Origin: Octopus bimaculoides
Lineage: Eukaryota
Assembly (NCBI RefSeq): GCF_001194135.2
Contig: NC_068991.1
Span: 15,214,248 to 15,265,604, forward strand
DNA: 51,357 bases
Reading direction: 5' to 3'
Shown here: positions 23,466 to 36,069 of the stretch, piece after piece
How the letters are laid out: each line of letters starts with the position of its first letter
Numbering within the stretch: the first letter of the stretch is position 1
Notes under the pieces: model-generated
What the model saw: the letters and a program-made list of their open reading frames with translations, nothing else
The model's database searches: none
Told to the model about the DNA's origin: nothing
Program-made: the position numbers and the translations under genes

Positions 23466-24506
23466 TCAGGTCATTAAGAATGACATGACCGATTTTCTTA
23501 TGCACCAAGTTTGACAGTCGTTAACTCTAAATGTTTTGTCTTGGCAATTCTTTGTTTTACAACATTGAAAAGTTACGTCGATGGTTTGAGAAGTTACGGT
23601 CTTGAAAATCAACTCCGTGGTAGACCTGAGACCAAGGTGGATAATGATGAGCTGGAAACTGTAGTGGAAGCGAATACATCTCAAACTACGCGTGAGTTAG
23701 CAGCAATGTTTGCTGTTTCGATTCCAAATGTATTGGAAACAAATCGGCAAAGCAAAGAAGCTGGACAAGTGGGTACCACACGAACTGAACGAGCATCAAA
23801 TGACACGTCGTCTTGAAACTTGCTGTTCTTTGCTGTCACGGCATAAAAGCGAACAATTTTTGCATCGTATTGTTACGTGTGATGAAAAATGGATTCTTTT
23901 CTAGCAAACGTTCTCCAAGGTCGTTGGATAGAGACCAAGTGCCAAAACACAATCCAAAAAAGAATATTCACCAAAAAAAGCTAATGATGTTTGTTTGGTG
24001 GTCCAGCGCTGGTGTCATCCATTACAGCTTCATGAGACCTGGTAAGTCAAATTACAGTGGATGTATACATGAACCAATTGGATGAAATGACAAAGTGAAC
24101 TATTTGTCAATAGAAACAGGCCAATCCTCTTGCAGGACAATTCTCGACCACATGCTGCACAAAGAACTCTGCTCGAGTTACAGCAAATTGAAGTTGGAAG
24201 TACTCTGTCATCCACCATGTTCACCAGACCTTGCACCAACCGACTATCATATTTTCCAGGCATTAGACAACATTTTGCAACGAAACAACTTCAAATCTGA
24301 AGAAGATGCAAAAACAGACTCTCGTGATTTCATCACTTCTTACTCTCCAGAATTCTTTGCTGCCGGCATAAATAAGCTACCGATAAAATGGCAAAATTAT
24401 GTTGATAATTTAAGTGCATACATTGATTAACTGCATTGCTTTTTGTTGAGATAAAGTAAAATAAACTTTCAGTTCAAAATCTGAAGTTTCCTTCTTAATG
24501 ACTTGA
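23466..24506 (+). mobile_element. Mariner (D,D34D) transposon relic with 15-bp recognisable TIRs and TA duplication; transposase frameshifted
   Basis: WVPHEL, IVTCDEKW, ILLQDNSRPH and HPPCSPDLAPTDYHIF motifs. TA|TCAGGTCATTAAGAA at 23464-23480 and TTCTTAATGACTTGA|TA at 24492-24508. Confidence 0.95.
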
Positions 24507-24822
24507 TATGTGCATTTATACTTGTATTTGTCTATGTTGTTCAAATACATTTACTGGCCACACTAATTTATTTCTCTTAGTTCATTTTAGCTTAAATTAT
24601 GCAAATTACTTTGGCCATAAAATATGTTCTACTCATTTTCTATCTATCTATCTATATAGATAGATATACATGTATATATATATATATACATATATTCATA
24701 TACATCTATACATATACATGTATATATGTACATCTATACATATATATATGTGTGCAGATATATATACACGTATACACATGCATACACACATACACACACA
24801 TATCTAGCATATCTATATATGC

Positions 24823-24874
<52 letters not shown>

Positions 24875-25029
24875 TACATATATATATATGTATATGTATG
24901 CATACATGTATATATGCATGCATGCATCATGCATGTATATATGTAATGTGAGATAATAGCTTCACTTTTGATAATTTCACTATGTATATTTTATATACAG
25001 AGTGAAAGTATTAATAGTGAAACTATTAA

Positions 25030-25335
25030 AAGTTAAACTATTATCTCACATTACAATAGATATGTTATTGTTTCATTTTTGATACGTAATACCGAAACAG
25101 TTTCAGAGATCGCTTCGGGATCGCATAAGGCAAGAAGTTGAAAATGTTTTGGCCCATAACACTCCATGGACTCTAAGTAGTCTATGCGTAAAATTTGAAT
25201 GAAATCGGTTGGGTAATACTCGAGTTTTAGCGATGCACACATACATACATACATACATACATACATACATACATACATGTATACAGACAGACCGACAGAC
25301 AGATAGACAAACGTTCTCAGTTTTATATATACACA
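25030..25335. mobile_element. Probable non-autonomous Helitron-like (Lep1/HINE-type) remnant with internal (CATA)/(CAGA) tract
   Basis: AAATTTGAATGAAATCGGTTGGGTAATACTCGAGTTTTAGCGATG followed by (CATA)n(CAGA)n and ...TTTTATATAT resembles the layout of Lep1-type elements. Single copy, so this rests on recognition only. Confidence 0.5.
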
Positions 25336-25697
25336 CGCGCTTACTCGTGTGTGTGTATGTACGGAAATTCGTACATATGTTATGTATGTATGTATGTATG
25401 TATGTATGTATATATGTATATATGTATGTATATATATGTATGTATGTATGTACGCCTGTATGTATGTGTGTGATAATATACAGAGTTATATTTTGGAAGA
25501 ATGATGTTTGGCAGTAAATTAATCTCACGCGTTGATTGCATTTATTACTCACTTTTTACCATTTTATTAATAATTAATGCTTATTAATTTCATTATTTAT
25601 CAATCATTTAAATTCGTTAACTAATTAAATTATTACAATTAAAAAAGGTCTCTCGCCACACACCTGTGTATTTTTATGCATCTGCTTTGTTTTTCAG

Positions 25698-25772
25698 GCT
25701 TTAGTTCTTCATGTGCAGAAATATCAACGAAAAGTTCACAAGAGTGCTATCACAGATTTTGATAATGACTAA
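25698..25772 (+). CDS. Candidate terminal coding exon (ALVLHVQKYQRKVHKSAITDFDND*)
   Basis: Strong acceptor TGCATCTGCTTTGTTTTTCAG; phase-0 frame open for 24 codons to TAA, then unique AT-rich sequence. No homology recognised. Confidence 0.3.
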   Translation, partial: ALVLHVQKYQRKVHKSAITDFDND

Positions 25773-26389
25773 TCCGAAAAATAGTTAATTAAATGTAAGG
25801 AAGAAAATTATAACCACATTCAATGAGTGTGAGTTCATTATTGGCAAAGATCACTTCGTTTTCAAAACAACTTGCCAGTTTCATTCTATGATTCTAAATT
25901 TATGAAAAAATTCTTAAAATTCTTCTAAATAAGTAGGTAGTGTGTGTAAATTAATATACATGAGAATATCTCTTTGAAAATCAACGAAAAAGAAAGTAAC
26001 TATGTACAACTGCTTCGAAACCTCCATATTTTTTAGTCAGATTATAAATTTACATTTATATGAATGATAATTATGTACTCGGTTTTGTGAGTAAATGCCT
26101 AACTAACAATCTGGATAAGCTTGGATAACCAACTAACTTGCACGTTACTAATACAATCTGTAAGTGGAACAGTAAAAATATTCAAGACTTTTCTCACAAT
26201 TATAATGTGACATTGTTTTTGTTAACTACATTCCAAAATTTTTAAACTGGAGCTTGGTATCTTTGTTAGAAACCAGCCCTTTCCTCAGAGGAAGAATCTA
26301 AATAGTTAAAAAGGGAAGAGAACATACATACATACATACATACATACATACATACATACATACATACATACGTACGGACGTACATACAA

Positions 26390-26990
26390 ATATTCTGGCA
26401 GTATGACAAATATGAAGAGACAATTAGAACTAGACACAACAGTCTCATGAGATACAGGAATGGAGCTCGGGCAAGATAAATGCTCGTATATGATAGTCAC
26501 CCGAGGAAAGATTGTCGACCAGGCAGAGAGCATGTACATCAACGTCTTGTCTATCTCCCCTATCTCTAATGATGAAAGCCTCAAGTACCTAGGAAACGAT
26601 GAGAATGTTGCATGCATTAGTGCTGTGACTAAAGCCAGAATAACAAAATAGTGCTTCTGTAGACTCCTGAAGATGTGGAACTCAGAGCTGTCTGCATTTA
26701 ACAGGACCATATCTCACAATGTTTTTGCAGTACCAGTGCTATTGCCAACATTTGGGATATTGGACTGGACACTCGATGAGATACGCAGCCTGGATATCAA
26801 AACCAGAAAGGTACTAACCACCACTGGCAACTTCCACATTAACAATGACACCGAGAGGATATATGTGAGACGAATGATGGCGGTAGAGGCATAAGGTCAG
26901 TCCATATAGCTTTTAAATGTCGCATTGTATCACTCAGACAACACCAGCTGAACAGTAAAGAAAGAAATGAGTACATTTATAATATATTAC
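26390..26990 (+). mobile_element. R4-clade LINE (family B) RT C-terminal fragment starting directly after (CATA)n
   Basis: DTGMELGQDKC...LKYLG...MWNSELSAFNRTISHNVFAVPVLLPTFGILDWTLDEIRSLDIKTRKVLT; (CATA)n at 26322-26387. Confidence 0.9.
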
Positions 26991-27010
26991 CGAAGCGAAA
27001 CGAACAACGT

Positions 27011-27054
27011 CGTTACAGACGCGTTTCGGCTTTCTTGAAACTTGTCAATGTCGT
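27011..27054 (-). ncRNA. Decayed minimal (type I) hammerhead-ribozyme motif, PLE-type
   Basis: Minus strand ACA-TTGACAA-GTTTCAAGAAAGCC-GAAA-CGC-GTC-TGT: palindromic ACGCGT in stem III and ACA/TGT stem I. The core differs from CTGACGA at two positions. Confidence 0.4.
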
Positions 27055-27639
27055 GTAGGCAATTGCCACCTTCTTAAACGAAGTTCGTGCGTCGATATCT
27101 AGGAAACAGTGAATAAAAATGCTCACTGGCGTTGCGGAAGCTTTCCGGGCTGTAGAAAAAGACGGTGGATACAATAGAGACAGCTTTAGATTTAACACAA
27201 CAAATTTATGAAAAGATTTTATTTCAGACAGTTCCAAAACATCATACCGTCTAACGGTCTATAAACATTTAATATGAAACACGGTTTTACTTTAATGCTG
27301 TTTCATTTCGTATACCGATTTTTTTTCGATGCTCTAGCAATTCTACGAACTCGCCGCCATTAATATGTATTAACTATTAAAATTTACATAATTGGAAAAT
27401 CCATTTTACTCATTTAAAAACAAACAGAAGCTGTTAAATTGATTTTTCGATAATTTCTTGAGGTGTTAAAATTTTTGTCGCATATCTTTAAGAAATAAAT
27501 GATAAATGAATTTAATAGTCCTGTTTAAAAAATGTTTTCGATGGCTCTAATAGCTCTTCTACAATGTGATTGCATCACTTCAACACACGGTACCAGATCA
27601 AATCACTTGCTAGATAAGTCAAAAATTAAATAAAATGAA

Positions 27640-28345
27640 CGAAAAAATACCATTGCAGCCTCATGGTCACAAAAATTTCATAAGGATATTGAAGATAAGA
27701 CAAAGAAAACGATGTCTATGGATGACAAAAAGTGATTCAAAACCGGAAACGGAGGCTCTAATCTGTGCTGCCCAAGCGCAAACATTAAGAACCAATTACA
27801 TCTAATACAGAATAGACAACACCAGAAAGTGAAAAATGCAGAATGTGTGGACAAAATGGTGAAAACCGTATGGCATATTACCAGTCAATGTACGCTACTA
27901 GCCCAGAAAGAATATAAGAGACGTCATGACAATATAGCAAGGATTGTCCATTGGATATTTTGCAACAAATATGGACTTGACAGAGCAAAAATGTAGTACG
28001 AACATAAACCCGAAGGCATCATCGAAAATGATAATGCACAGATCCTATGGGATTTTATGATTCAGCGCGACCATATACAGAGTAAGAAAATAGACATAGT
28101 GTTAATTGAGAAAGAAAGTAGACGATGCTGGATCATAGACAACAAGGTACGCGATAAGGAAGAAAGAAAAGTCGATAGATATGACAGGTTATCTTGGGAG
28201 ATTAAGCAGTTGTGGTCGGTGAAAAAGTTAGTAGTACCAATAATTGGCGGAACCTCGAAAAATAAGGGGCGTTACCTTAGTTTACTGGTAGTGAACAGCT
28301 GATACCGTAGTACATCTCCAGCGTTAGAAGCTATGTAGAGACAAT
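27640..28345 (+). mobile_element. R4/Dong-like LINE 3' portion (CCHC knuckle and RLE), decayed, with an internal deletion; ends in (TAA)4
   Basis: KPETEALICAAQ...KCRMCG...WHITSQCTLLAQKEYKRRHDNIARIVHW...EHKPEGIIENDNAQILWDF; same 3' UTR as 8641-8840. Confidence 0.92.
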
Positions 28346-28359
28346 AAAATAATAATAAT

Positions 28360-29355
28360 GAAAGATTAGAAAAAAGCAAATGTGGAAAAGCCGACTACAA
28401 AATAAAGTGAAAACTTTTAGACAAAATCTGAAGAAAATACAAGATTTAAACCTCCTCTTGAGAAATGACATTTGTTCAAAGAGAAAGAAATTGGGACAGT
28501 TATATAAGAGTTGAAACAGTTGCCGCAAATAGTAGTAGTGAGACCTGGTTATGGTTGCAGAAAGGAAAGCTGAAAAGGGAGACAGAAAGTTCGTTAGTTG
28601 TAGCATAATATCAAACATTAAGAAATAATTGGATAAAAGCCAAGATAGACAAAAACCAAACAGATTCCCAATGTAGGTTATGCAAATCAAAAGAGGAAAA
28701 GTGTTACTCATATAGTAAGTGAATGTGGCATGCTGGCACAGAAAGAAAAACAAGAAAAGACATGACAACCTAGGGAGAGTAATCCATTGGGGGTTATGCA
28801 GAAAGCTAGGATTTGACCACATTGATAAATGGTATGAACATGAACCTAGTAGAGTACTAGAAAATGAAAAATAGAAAATGTTGTAGGAATTTAACATTCA
28901 GACTGACAGAGTAATAGAAGCTAGAAGATTTGATTTAGTAGTAGTAGAGAATAGAAAGTGCCAGATAATTGACTTTATAATCCCAAATGATGGAAAAAAA
29001 ATCAATATGAGGAGTATAGAAAAAATAGCAAAGACCTAGCCATTGAATTACAGAGACTATGGTAAGTGCGGGTAAAATGTATCCCAGTAGTTGTAGGTGC
29101 ATTAGGAATTATCCCTAAAGATCTGAACAGTTGGATAGAGGAAATAGGTATGAAACCCACTTTAGTACAACTCCAGAAAACAGTATTATTAGGGACAGCT
29201 AGGATACTTAAGAGGGTCCTTGGCATCTAAGGTTACTTGTTGGAGCTCGATAGGAGTGTTCTTGGCATCTAAAGGTTACATGTTGTAGCCCGATATTAGG
29301 AATATTTTCTTTTCCAACAGTTTAATCTGTTGAGTGTATATGAAGATAAAATTAA
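28360..29355 (+). mobile_element. Second R4/Dong-like LINE family, 3' 1 kb (CCHC, RLE, 3' UTR), followed by a long (TAA)n
   Basis: WLQKGKLKRETES...QCRLCKS...HIVSECGMLAQ...RHDNLGRVIHW...IPVVVGALGIIPKDLNSWIEEIGMKPTLVQLQKTVLLGTARILKRVLGI*; (TAA)n at 29355-29481. Confidence 0.93.
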
Positions 29356-29361
29356 TAATAA

Positions 29362-29481
<120 letters not shown>

Positions 29482-30194
29482 CAACTTTGGTATTGGGTAT
29501 TTAACCTATTCCGAATTTGAATTAAAAGCAGTAAAAATATTAAAAATTTTTGCAACTTTAACTTTTACATTTTTTCGACAGTAAAGCTTTCTTCATATTG
29601 ATTTTGATGTAAGATGCCATTCTTCTGAGAAATAGTTCTATTGATCAAACTCTTTCTTTCCAAACAAAATCCATGAAACATGAAGTGATTGCCAGTTTTC
29701 TCACATTAAAAATTAAAAAAAAAAAGTTCTTTTATATAATGAACGAAATTAAATAATCTTTTATATAATAAAATAATATTTTATTAAGTAACCTTTTAAT
29801 ATAATGAACCAAATTAATTATAATTTACGAACGGTAAAAATTATATTTATTTTCTAGAACGTCTGCAAAACGTAAACGCAATTGAGGAGAAGCAATACAT
29901 TGAAGACAAAAAGTAAAAGTCAAAATTCAGGAAATTTTCAGGCAAAAAAAGGTGAGAAAAGATCCAATCTTAGATTCTATATGATCTGATGAAGTTTTAG
30001 ACAAGACAGATCAATGAAAATACTTGGTACTAAGACTCCAAGAGATAAGTTGAAGTTTTTACTCGACAAATTTTCACGTAATATATATCATTTATAGAAG
30101 TAAAGAATTATTGATGGTATAGATATTGATGTTTTGACTTTACGGTCACACTTCTGGCCTAATGTCCCACGGCCTGCAGAGTGACTTTGGGCTG

Positions 30195-30226
<32 letters not shown>

Positions 30227-30229
<3 letters not shown>

Positions 30230-30378
30230 CAAAATAAGCAACAAGGATATCCAGAGGTAATGCAGTACGATCGTCTCGTGCAACCCCATTTAATTGAACA
30301 ATGTAATCATTACATCAATTTAAAAAGGAAACGACCGTACTGCATTACATCTGGATATCCTTGTTGTTTATTTTGATT
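30227..30378. repeat. Foldback of PLE-like terminal sequence: ~50-bp inverted arms with ~50-bp loop
   Basis: AATCAAAATAAGCAACAAGGATATCCAGAGGTAATGCAGTACGATCGT versus ACGACCGTACTGCATTACATCTGGATATCCTTGTTGTTTATTTTGATT; left arm plus loop are homologous to 356-450. Confidence 0.85.
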
Positions 30379-30479
30379 TTAATCACCTTACTTTGAAATT
30401 GTATGGATAATACCGTACTAAATTCTGGTGCCTATTTTTAAGTGCCATATTCACCTGAATCTAAATTTTTGCTGAACTC

Positions 30480-30513
<34 letters not shown>

Positions 30514-31508
30514 ATGTGTGTGTGTATGTATGTATGTATGTATGTATGTATGTATGAATGTATGTATGTGTATGTGAATGTGCGTAATTGTGTGTATTTC
30601 TTTTAGAATGCTTAAACAATACAATTTATGAAATAGAACAGATTGGTGTTATTTTCTCCAACGATTTCCCGAAGAAAGGGTCATAACACCAAAATATTGG
30701 AATTTCAAAAAACAGCATCGATCTATTCTATTTCATAAATTGTATTGTTTAGATATTATTTTACAAAAATATGGATGTATTTATATGCATGTATTTTTTT
30801 TTATTACCCAGTTGCGTTGGCCATGCTGGTGTACCACCAGTGTGTGTGTGCGCGTGTGTGTGTGTATACATACACATACACAGACACACACACACATACA
30901 CACAGACACACACATATAACAAATGAACCGTGACGGAATCTGCATGCCCATTAAAATTATATATACATCGTTACATTTGGTTCTGTAATAACTTGTAATA
31001 ATGATAATACACCTTATTATGAATGGTAATAATTACAATACAAAGTATGAATAATTGCCGCAAAATCATCTCCGTACATATATATATATATACCAGCTGA
31101 CACATTTAAAACTGGCAAAATGCCAGCCAACATGATAAAGCCGATACTATTCTGGCAAATTAGGTAAAATGTGTCAGGAAAATTATGAAATTAAGCTTTG
31201 TTTTGGTTTGGACTGTCTCCAGGTTTGATGTCTTTTGAAAATGTAAGCCAAATCAGTGATTTGGAGTTGAATTCAAGAATTACTACAAGCAGGCACTCTT
31301 TATTAGTGACTTTTCATGAAAAAAAAAATGTAACGAATTAGAGTCTACATTATAATAAGGACACAATATAATTAAAGCTTACTAATTGCATGATTAAATG
31401 TTTGAAGAATCTACGAGAAAATTTTATAAAATATATCAGAATGAAAATAATCTAGATGACACGAAACTGTATGAATCGAAATAAACTCCACGTGACTAAG
31501 AGGTTAAT

Positions 31509-33206
31509 TATTCAGGCTATTACATACACCTTTAGAGAGGAAATGGTTTACCAATATTGACTTCAATATGTAGATGTACATCCTAAAATTAAAAATCTTT
31601 AATCTTTTGATGAATCGGTAGAGTGGCGCTGAATGAATTCTACGAATCCAGTTTCAATTCTCACTTGAAACTATTCAGGTTCAGTCATACCTCTGAAACT
31701 CAATGTAAAAGTATGCACTACACAGCATCCAATTTTCTCCCCTAAAACATACAGGACTTTATAATGTTTCTATGCAATCTATTGCGTATAAAGCAAGAGT
31801 TGAGCTTTCGTATCTATAAGGCAATTTCGATTTTCAGTAGAATTTTCCTCGCTAAAATTTTTTAAATATCTAATGAACGCTACAACCTCCTCTCTGACCC
31901 TTCATGAAGTTACAGGGTTTTATGCCCAGTTAAAAAGAAATTAATTTCTTATTGGTTTCATCTGCTCTCCATCTGATAATTGCTTTGAACAATAGCATCT
32001 CCAAGATAATGGAGACAAGCATTGACAATGATATTCTCCATCACCTTAAATTTTTCTCGTCAGTGAGCACTAACACCGCTTCTACTGGGCCAGATCTACT
32101 GGAGACCTACTGTATCTGGATACAGTAGGAATTCGGACATAGACATGTTGCCGCTTTTACATCAACATATCCTTCGACTATGCAGCACGCAAATCTCCTG
32201 TCGCAACTCCAATCAAAATGTTTCGTCTACGGATTCTACCTATCTCTCACCTATGGATCGGTAGCTTCCTATCTGATTGCATCACTGCAGCTTATGTTGA
32301 TAGAACTCTTTCTACCCCACCTCCACTCTCAATCAAATCCGGTGTTCCCCAGGGTTCGATTTTGTTCCCCACACTTTATTTTATACATCAATGATATAAC
32401 TGCCACATCCAACAACACACATGCACGCATGCAGATCACACGACTCTGTATTCTTCTCTAACTTTTCCCTGACCTTGCATCATATACAAACAACCTACAC
32501 AACACACGCCAAGCCTGCACTGTTAATTATGAGTCAATTACTAGGCAGTCAGTATAATCAACTGTCACCTCCACACAAATTTATAGTTTTGTGTCTTAAT
32601 AAGGAAACACATCTTCATTACTATTGAAACATTCCCGGCATAAAACACTGTTTTGCATAGCTTATTTCTAGTCCAGAATATATTCCGGGTATCCTTAGAT
32701 TATACTGGTTTTCATTCTGGAAGAAAGCACTTGCACTTATGGCTTCGTTGTTTTCGCATTGAATATAGCAAAAGTGACGGACTCATTTGTAGCTGTTTCA
32801 TTAAAAGGTGGTCCAAATCTTTCTATTTTATACACCCAAAAAAAGAAATTGTTTTTCTTATACATGTGAAAACGAATTGCGATGAACTTATCAAGTCGAA
32901 ACTTCAACTGATTTTCTGGAAGCTTACTACCACGGGTTTTCAGTAAAAAATTAATTTCTCACCTTTATATAGGAATTCAAATTCATAGAGTTGCACTATT
33001 CCGAATTTGGCTTTTCTGAATTTGGTATAACTGAACCTAAATAATTTCAAGTGAGAATTAAAACTGGATTTGTAGAATTCATTCAGCGCCACTCTACCAA
33101 TTCATCAAAAGATTAAAGATTTTCATATTTAGGATGTACATCTACATATTAAAGTCAATATTGGTAAATCATTTCATCTCTAAAGATGTATGTAATAGCC
33201 TGAATA
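31509..33206. repeat. 183-bp inverted repeat pair (31509-31691 and 33024-33206) enclosing 1.33 kb
   Basis: Arms align at roughly 90% identity by eye; both outer ends read TA-TTCAGGCT. Confidence 0.92.
31965..32470 (+). mobile_element. Decayed RT domain of an APE-type LINE (CR1/L2/Jockey group)
   Basis: SISKIME...ARSTGDLL...WIGSFLSD...SGVPQGSIL...YINDI...(Y)ADxTTLYSS motifs, with frameshifts. Confidence 0.85.
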
Positions 33207-34136
33207 TATCATTTCTCCTCACATACATACATTCATATATACATACATACTTACATAAATACACACAAATGCACACATACATACACACTCATACACACAT
33301 CAATATATGTAGTATTTTATTGATGCTGCAAATACTTCACAAATTGTTACTCAGAGTTTCACGTAATCGATCATCAGACAGCCTTGAATATTAAGAACAA
33401 TGGAAACCATCGCATTGTTCTAAATAATCACGACTGCCTGACGAACGCTTACGTGAAACACTAAGTAACAGTTTGTGAAGTCTTCCGAGCTTTAATAAAA
33501 TACCACTTTACTCTACTTTGGTTTTCAAGTACTATTTTCTGTAACTTGCTTTGCACTTATGTACTCACATGTGTGTATGTATATATATATGTATATTCAC
33601 ACAATGCATATATTGCATACACACACATACATACACATATATGTGCATATATTTATACATGTACGCATATATATATGTGTGTATATGTACATATATATAT
33701 GTATGCATATATATATATATATATATATATATANNNNNNNNNNNNNNNNNNNNNNNNNNNNNNNNNNNNNNNNNNNNNNNNNNNNNNNNNNNNNNNNNNN
33801 NNNNNNNNNNNNNNNNNNNNNNNNNNNNNNNNNNNNNNNNNNNNNNNNNNNNNNNNNNNNNNNNNNNNNNNNNNNNNNNNNNNNNNNNNNNNNNNNNNNN
33901 NNNNNNNNNNNNNNNNNNNNNNNNNNNNNNNNNNNNNNNNNNNNNNNNNNNNNNNNNNNNNNNNNNNNNNNNNNNNNNNNNNNNNNNNNNNNTTTTTTTT
34001 TTTTTGAATCTGTGTGTTATTTGCGAGTAGGTGAGAAAGAGAAAGTGTATGTGGGAGTGTGATGGTGCATGTACTTCTGTATATGTATACATCTATCTGT
34101 GTGTGCGTCTATATGTATATACCTATCTGTCTATCA

Positions 34137-34214
<78 letters not shown>

Positions 34215-34830
34215 TTATCAATCTCTTTCNNNNNNNNNNNNNNNNNNNNNNNNNNNNNNNNNNNNNNNNNNNNNNNNNNNNNNNNNNNNNNNNNNNNNNN
34301 NNNNNNNNNNNNNNNNNNNNNNNNNNNNNNNNNNNNNNNNNNNNNNNNNNNNNNNNNNNNNNNNNNNNNNNNNNNNNNNNNNNNNNNNNNNNNNNNNNNN
34401 NNNNNNNNNNNNNNNNNNNNNNNNNNNNNNNNNNNNNNNNNNNNNNNNNNNNNNNNNNNNNNNNNNNNNNNNNNNNNNNNNNNNNNNNNNNNNNNNNNNN
34501 NNNNNNNNNNNNNNNNNNNNNNNNNNNNNNNNNNNNNNNNNNNNNNNNNNNNNNNNNNNNNNNNNNNNNNNNNNNNNNNNNNNNNNNNNNNNNNNNNNNN
34601 NNNNNNNNNNNNNNNNNNNNNNNNNNNNNNNNNNNNNNNNNNNNNNNNNNNNNNNNNNNNNNNNNNNNNNNNNNNNNNNNNNNNNNNNNNNNNNNNNNNN
34701 NNNNNNNNNNNNNNNNNNNNNNNNNNNNNNNNNNNNNNNNNNNNNNNNNNNNNNTACATATATATATACATGTACATATATTATATAATGTGTACATACA
34801 TATACATGTGTTCATTTCCTTCTTTATATA

Positions 34831-34860
34831 CGCGCGCGCGCGCGCGCGTGTGTGTGTGTA
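34831..34860. repeat. (CG)9 followed by (TG)n
   Basis: Direct reading. Confidence 0.95.
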
Positions 34861-35640
34861 TGTATGTATGTATGTCGGTATGTGTCTATGTATGTATATT
34901 CATATAGGTGGGTTTAAGGTTACGACGCGTGTGTAGTGCATGTGTTTAGATGCACGTATGTATTTGTGGATGTGATTGTGTTCACGGTTGTGTGTGGTTA
35001 CATGTGTAATATTGCATTTGTATATGTGTGAGTATGTGTGTATGTGCGTGTATATATGTGTGTGTGCAAAAGTGTATGAATATGGTAGTATCAATCTGCG
35101 CGCGCGTGCTTGTATGTATGTGTTTGCGTAAGAACCAATTTTAACTTACGTTTCCTAATTATCAGGAATTTTTTCCTTCCTCTTTTCGCATTTTTCTGAG
35201 TTTATTTGTCATTTTTGATTGTATTTGTTTTTCTTTCATCTCAACACAAATTCGTAATGATAGCTAACTAGTAATTATTGCAAGTACCCCCATAGCATAA
35301 TTAATAACTCACTAACAAACAAGGTTCGATTCCCAGTCGTGCACCTATATCATCTGTCTGCCTTTGAACTTAATTACCTAACTCAGGGCCAGGTTTTCTT
35401 TCTGCTTTTTAAATTCTTTTTGTCTTTTTCTTCCTGTATTCCTACCTTTCTCTCGTTCTCTCTTCATTCTTTCTGTCCTTCTTCCTTTCTTTCTCTCGTT
35501 CTTTCTCACTTTTTTAAAAATCTCATTTTCCTTTCTTTCTTTCCTTTTCGAAACTAATCTTATTTTATCGTCCCTGAGCTAGTAAAGAAATTTGGCTATT
35601 TCAGAATCGATTAAAAAAAAATAAAATATATATATATATA

Positions 35641-35806
35641 TACGACGGGCTTCTTTCAGTTTCCGTCTACCAAATCAACTCACAAGGCTTTGGTCGGCCC
35701 GAGGCTATAGTAGAAGACACTTGCCCAATGTGCCACGCAGTGGGACTGAACCCGGAACCATGTGGTTGGTAAGCAAGCTACTTACCACACACCCACTCCT
35801 GTGCCT
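35641..35806 (-). mobile_element. SINE S1 5' half, young
   Basis: Nearly identical to 2221-2386 and 15340-15497. Confidence 0.95.
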
Positions 35807-36069
35807 ATATTTATTACCAAAAGTAAACCAGTAGTAACTCAATCGACAATTTATCCGGGATTACGTTATCCTGCATGTCCTTTCATTTGTTAGATTGTAG
35901 TTCGAAGGATATTAAAATACCTCAGAGAATAAGAAAATTTATTTTATTTATTGATAACATGTAAAAAAGCAAAGAAACAAAGAAACAGAAAAAAGAAAAA
36001 GGAAAAGGGGAAAAGGGGCGGTAAGCAGCAGAAGAAGAGAGACAACAGGTCACACAACCCAGAATAAAT

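Noticed and set aside
32653-32946. 97-aa ORF inside the inverted-repeat unit as a transposase
   Set aside because: No DDE, HTH or zinc-finger motifs.
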